In this document: piece by piece, positions 60,695 to 64,000 of the stretch | How the letters are laid out: each line of letters begins with the position of its first letter | Numbering within the stretch: the first letter of the stretch is position 1 | DNA from: a virus | Lineage: Duplodnaviria > Caudoviricetes | Strand: one strand, 5' to 3' | DNA length: 64,000 nt | Virus record (IMG/VR): IMGVR_UViG_3300005614_000001 | Span: 52,929 to 116,928 of that record | Position numbers and translations under genes: made by a program | Notes under the pieces: model-generated | The model's database searches: none | What the model was told of the DNA's origin: nothing | Seen by the model: the letters and a program-made list of their open reading frames with translations, nothing else

Positions 60695-61434
60695 TGACTT
60701 GTGGAATATATACTATTACCAGTAAGGTAGATAATAAGATTTATGTTGGATATTCCTCTAATATAGAAACAAGATGGAATTGTCATAAAAGTGAATTAAG
60801 AAATAATAAGCATAAAAATAATCACTTGCAATCTTCCTGGAATAAATATGGGGCAGAGAATTTTCTATTTGAGGTCCTCTGGGAGTGCGAAGAGTGGGAA
60901 TTAACTTGTCAGGAACATTACTGGGCTACTTTATTGAATGTTCACAATCCTGAATATGGATATAATATCTTACTCACAGATCCAAATCTACCTTTTGGTA
61001 AAAGTTCTATCGAAACAAGATTAAAGAATTCATTAAAGCAAAAAGGGAGAAAGTTTACAGAAGAACATAAGTTAAGAATAAAAGAGAAAAGATCTCTTCA
61101 GAAAATAACAGAAGTAGCTAAATCCAGACAAAGAGAAACTAACAAAGGAAAGAAAGATTCAGAAGAGGTAAAAAGAAGAAAATCAGAAGCTGCAAAAATC
61201 AGGAAGGTTAATCTTTTCTGTGGACTTCCTAATCCAGTAGTACAAATATCTATGGATTATGAATATATAGAGAGATACAATGGGGTAAAAGAAGCATCTA
61301 GAAGAACAGGGATAGGTCAATCAGCTATAAGTGCTTCAGCTTCTGGTAAACAGGAAGGAACAGGAGGTTTTAGATGGGTATATGAATATGATTATATAGA
61401 ATGGAAAACAAGTGAATTAATAAATTTTGCGTAG
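60694..61434 (+). CDS. GIY-YIG homing endonuclease with NUMOD3/NUMOD1-like C-terminus
   Basis: CGIYTITSKVDNKIYVGYS..R..H...L....H.N..LQ; EASRRTGI. Confidence 0.88.
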   Translation: MTCGIYTITSKVDNKIYVGYSSNIETRWNCHKSELRNNKHKNNHLQSSWNKYGAENFLFEVLWECEEWELTCQEHYWATLLNVHNPEYGYNILLTDPNLPFGKSSIETRLKNSLKQKGRKFTEEHKLRIKEKRSLQKITEVAKSRQRETNKGKKDSEEVKRRKSEAAKIRKVNLFCGLPNPVVQISMDYEYIERYNGVKEASRRTGIGQSAISASASGKQEGTGGFRWVYEYDYIEWKTSELINFA

Positions 61435-61460
61435 ATTAAACTATATATTCTACGCAAAAT

Positions 61461-61778
61461 GTGCGTACTTTACAGCAAAAATATAGCATGAAATTACAAA
61501 TAGATACATTCACCAGGAGAGTGAGGATAGAGGAAGAAGTAAACCTATACAGGTTATTTGAGATTATAAATGCAGTTTTCCCTGACAAATCATGGGTAGA
61601 TTTTACTATAGAAAGCTCTCCTATTGTTGCTAATGAATGGGTGAATCCAATAGTAATAGATGGTATAGTTCATAATATAGATACTAACCATCCATGGGTA
61701 AAGAAGAAATCTTTCTCCACTACCGGGGAAGGAGTATATAATGTAGAAGTTAACAATTTAGAAACAATAACAAATTAA
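61461..61778 (+). CDS. Hypothetical protein (start probably 61488)
   Basis: MKLQIDT... Confidence 0.5.
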   Translation: MRTLQQKYSMKLQIDTFTRRVRIEEEVNLYRLFEIINAVFPDKSWVDFTIESSPIVANEWVNPIVIDGIVHNIDTNHPWVKKKSFSTTGEGVYNVEVNNLETITN

Positions 61779-61789
61779 AACTAAAAAAG

Positions 61790-62656
61790 ATGAAAGTAAC
61801 AAAAAGAGAAGGTTCAGATAACCAACAAGATTATTCAAAACATATAGGGTTAGCTACATGGAAATGTATAGCACTAAACCCGGACTTAGAACAACTGAAA
61901 GCTATCCTTAAAACAGATAAAATAGAAAAAGAACCAGTATATATAAAAGATACTACAGATGGAGAAACTATGATACAGTTAAACTTCTGGATGCAATCTG
62001 CTAAAGGGGTAGTTCTTCCACTGCGTTTCTCTATAATAGATAAAGTAAAAGTATCACAATCAGGGAAGACACAATTTGTTGCTCAAAATGGATCCACATC
62101 TTATGTAGATGATAAATCCAACCTGCAGGATTGGTTTACTAAATTCCTGGATAAAAGTAAAAAACCTATAGCAGATAAGGAATATCGTGAAGCATTAGTT
62201 GGAGAAGAAGATCTGTATAGTTTCCTCCGTTCATGGATAGTGAAAGCTGATTGGTTCTCCCCTGATACTAATATCCTATTAGATACAAAGAAGTTATTCC
62301 GTGGTAAAATAGATGACCTGAAGAGCTTTATAGACAGTGATATGGTAGAAGATGTAGTACTTATGGCTACTGTCCGGGTAGTAGATACTGATGATGGTAC
62401 TAAGGAATATAATCAACTATCTCCAAAAGTTTCCCTTCCTGGCTATAAAATGAAGCTGGTGAGGAATAGCATTACTACAGGGAAATGGGATGATGATAAG
62501 GCTCTAAAGTACTTTAAAGAAGCCATAGTTGGGGAATTCGGATTAAAAGATTTGTACCTCTTAAAAGAGTTAACAGAATATGATCCATCTACTTTTGTAG
62601 CTGCAGGTAATGATACCTTAGTACAAGGGGGAGATGATTTAGATACATCATATTAA
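61790..62656 (+). CDS. ssb: Putative single-stranded DNA-binding protein (crAss type)
   Basis: CIALNP, SQSGKTQFV, REALVGEEDLY, acidic-aromatic C-terminus DDLDTSY. Confidence 0.65.
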   Translation: MKVTKREGSDNQQDYSKHIGLATWKCIALNPDLEQLKAILKTDKIEKEPVYIKDTTDGETMIQLNFWMQSAKGVVLPLRFSIIDKVKVSQSGKTQFVAQNGSTSYVDDKSNLQDWFTKFLDKSKKPIADKEYREALVGEEDLYSFLRSWIVKADWFSPDTNILLDTKKLFRGKIDDLKSFIDSDMVEDVVLMATVRVVDTDDGTKEYNQLSPKVSLPGYKMKLVRNSITTGKWDDDKALKYFKEAIVGEFGLKDLYLLKELTEYDPSTFVAAGNDTLVQGGDDLDTSY

Positions 62657-62682
62657 AAGAAGTTTCATATATTAATAGAAAG

Positions 62683-62714
62683 GGCCTAGTATATTCTTAT
62701 ACTGGGCCTATTTT
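62683..62714 (+). terminator. Intrinsic terminator after SSB
   Basis: GGCCTAGTAT-attctt-ATACTGGGCC-TATTTT. Confidence 0.6.
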
Positions 62715-62732
62715 ATCTTAAAAATATACAAA

Positions 62733-63720
62733 ATGACACCAGAAGAGTTTTATAACAATAGTCAGTATCTATCTGATGACCTTCTTTGTGAAAAATCTAC
62801 TGTAATAAGAGCTTTAAAGCAATATAGCAGAATGGTAGCCTCAGAAGCTTATACTTCCGGGTATACAGCTTGTGATTGGTATTATAATAGTCACCTGCGG
62901 ATAAAAGAAGATAGGGTAGAAATTAATGATTTTTTAAATAACCATGGATTATGACACGAGAAGAAATAAATCAAGGAAATAAATTGATAGCTGAGTTTAA
63001 TGGGACTGTAGAACATATTCCTTACGGGAATGTACTACCAGGCAAAGATGCTTTCTACTATATATCTGAAGGAAGAAGAAATTTTATAAAAATAGACAGC
63101 CGGAAAGATAATGAGTTACAGGAAGTGTGGGGTATTATAGTAAATAAATCTCTATATCACATTTCATGGGATTGGCTAATGCCGGTAATAGAGAAGATTT
63201 CGTCTCTAGGATTTACGTACTGTATTAGAAAGAATTGGGCATCAAGTAATAAGCATGTTGTGCAAATTTACAGAAAGCCTGAAGAGGTTGAGATCACAGA
63301 ATTAGCAGAATGTCCTTTAGATGCATTATATTTTGCAGTGGTTAAATTTATTAAATGGTATAATGAAAATGGAAAACTTCCTGCAAGCAATAGCTAATCA
63401 CTGGATAGTGTGTATATTAATTATGATATTTATCATAAGTTTAGTAGAGGTAATTATAGATGGAATAGCTAATATAAAAAAGGCTAAAAACAAATAATTT
63501 TATGAATATAGATGAAGAGAAATTAGCAGAGAAATTGGCAAATGATTGGTTCTTTGAGGAATATGAAAGTAAACTGCACCCAAAAGAGCTGTATGAAGAA
63601 GAACTAGTAGAAGGTCATGGGCTTATCCTTAACAGGTATGTAAAAGATGAATATGCCAGGTTATATTTCTCTAAATTAGAGGAGTATAAAAGAATAATTT
63701 CTTTATTTGAAGTGGATTAG
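62733..63720 (+). other. Small hypothetical ORFs 62733-62954, 62951-63397 (ABA-sandwich-like SWDWLMPVIEKI) and 63502-63720
   Basis: Co-directional ORFs; ATGA overlap between the first two. Confidence 0.55.
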
Positions 63721-63733
63721 TAACTTTGTTTAT

Positions 63734-64000
63734 ATGAAGGTAGTAAAAAGAAAAGATCTCTCCCAGGAAGAAATCCTCTCTAAAGTAGATGACTGGACCA
63801 TATTCAGGTATTATATAGGGGATAACTTTCAGGTAAATAGAGCTATCTGCTCCCCTATGAGGAAGGATAATAACCCGTCATTTTCTATATTTCTATCTGA
63901 AGAAGGAAGGCTACGGTTTATAGATTTTGCAGATGATAAATATAAAGGAGATGCTATAGACCTTGTCGGGCAATTATATAATTTAGACTACTCTTCTTCC
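63734..64000 (+). CDS. DNA primase, N-terminal part (runs off the window end)
   Basis: Manual translation MKVVKRKDLSQEEILSKVDDWTIFRYYIG...ICSPMRKDNNPSFSIF...FIDFA...GDAIDLV; TAACTTTG at 63721-63728 suggests a near-leaderless mRNA. Confidence 0.8.
   Translation, partial: MKVVKRKDLSQEEILSKVDDWTIFRYYIGDNFQVNRAICSPMRKDNNPSFSIFLSEEGRLRFIDFADDKYKGDAIDLVGQLYNLDYSSS

Noticed and set aside
60694-61434. Group I intron around the GIY-YIG gene
   Set aside because: The flanking genes are complete and there is no room for an intron core; it is a free-standing endonuclease
1-64000. Genome-wide stop-codon reassignment (TAG>Gln or TGA>Trp) as in some crAss clades
   Set aside because: Long core genes are intact in code 11, TAG and TGA end several coupled genes, and the tRNA-like elements have TTG, not CTA/TCA, anticodons

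Overview
AT-rich segment of a crAss-like (Crassvirales) podovirus of a Bacteroidota host, read in the standard code 11. The left arm (1-34.9 kb, minus strand) is the late/virion module. It encodes cargo proteins, muzzle/tail stabilisation protein, ring proteins, IHF/HU-like proteins, metallophosphoesterase, holin, Cys-rich tail fibre/collar proteins, GH24 lysozyme, HNH nuclease, auxiliary and major capsid proteins, scaffold-like protein, portal and an intein-containing large terminase. The right arm (35.4-64 kb, plus strand) holds early genes (many small ORFs, including a domain-shuffled paralogue family) and replication genes (PolB, DnaB-like helicase, AAA_24/Sak4-like ATPase, GIY-YIG nuclease, SSB, primase start). 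The divergence point at about 35.0-37.3 kb is the most interesting part. (1) A RepL-like gene and an HTH initiator-like gene sit with palindromic operator/iteron arrays and a perfect chromosomal-type parS site, but there is no parA/parB in the window. (2) Two degenerate tRNA-Gln-like cloverleaves are bracketed by a promoter and terminator on the OPPOSITE strand. Also seen: strong CCWGG enrichment, an in-frame TGA splitting a modular early gene, a poly-A frameshifted paralogue, a Walker-degenerate MuB-like ATPase and candidate structured RNAs. All functional calls come from motif recognition and synteny by eye; no database search was run.
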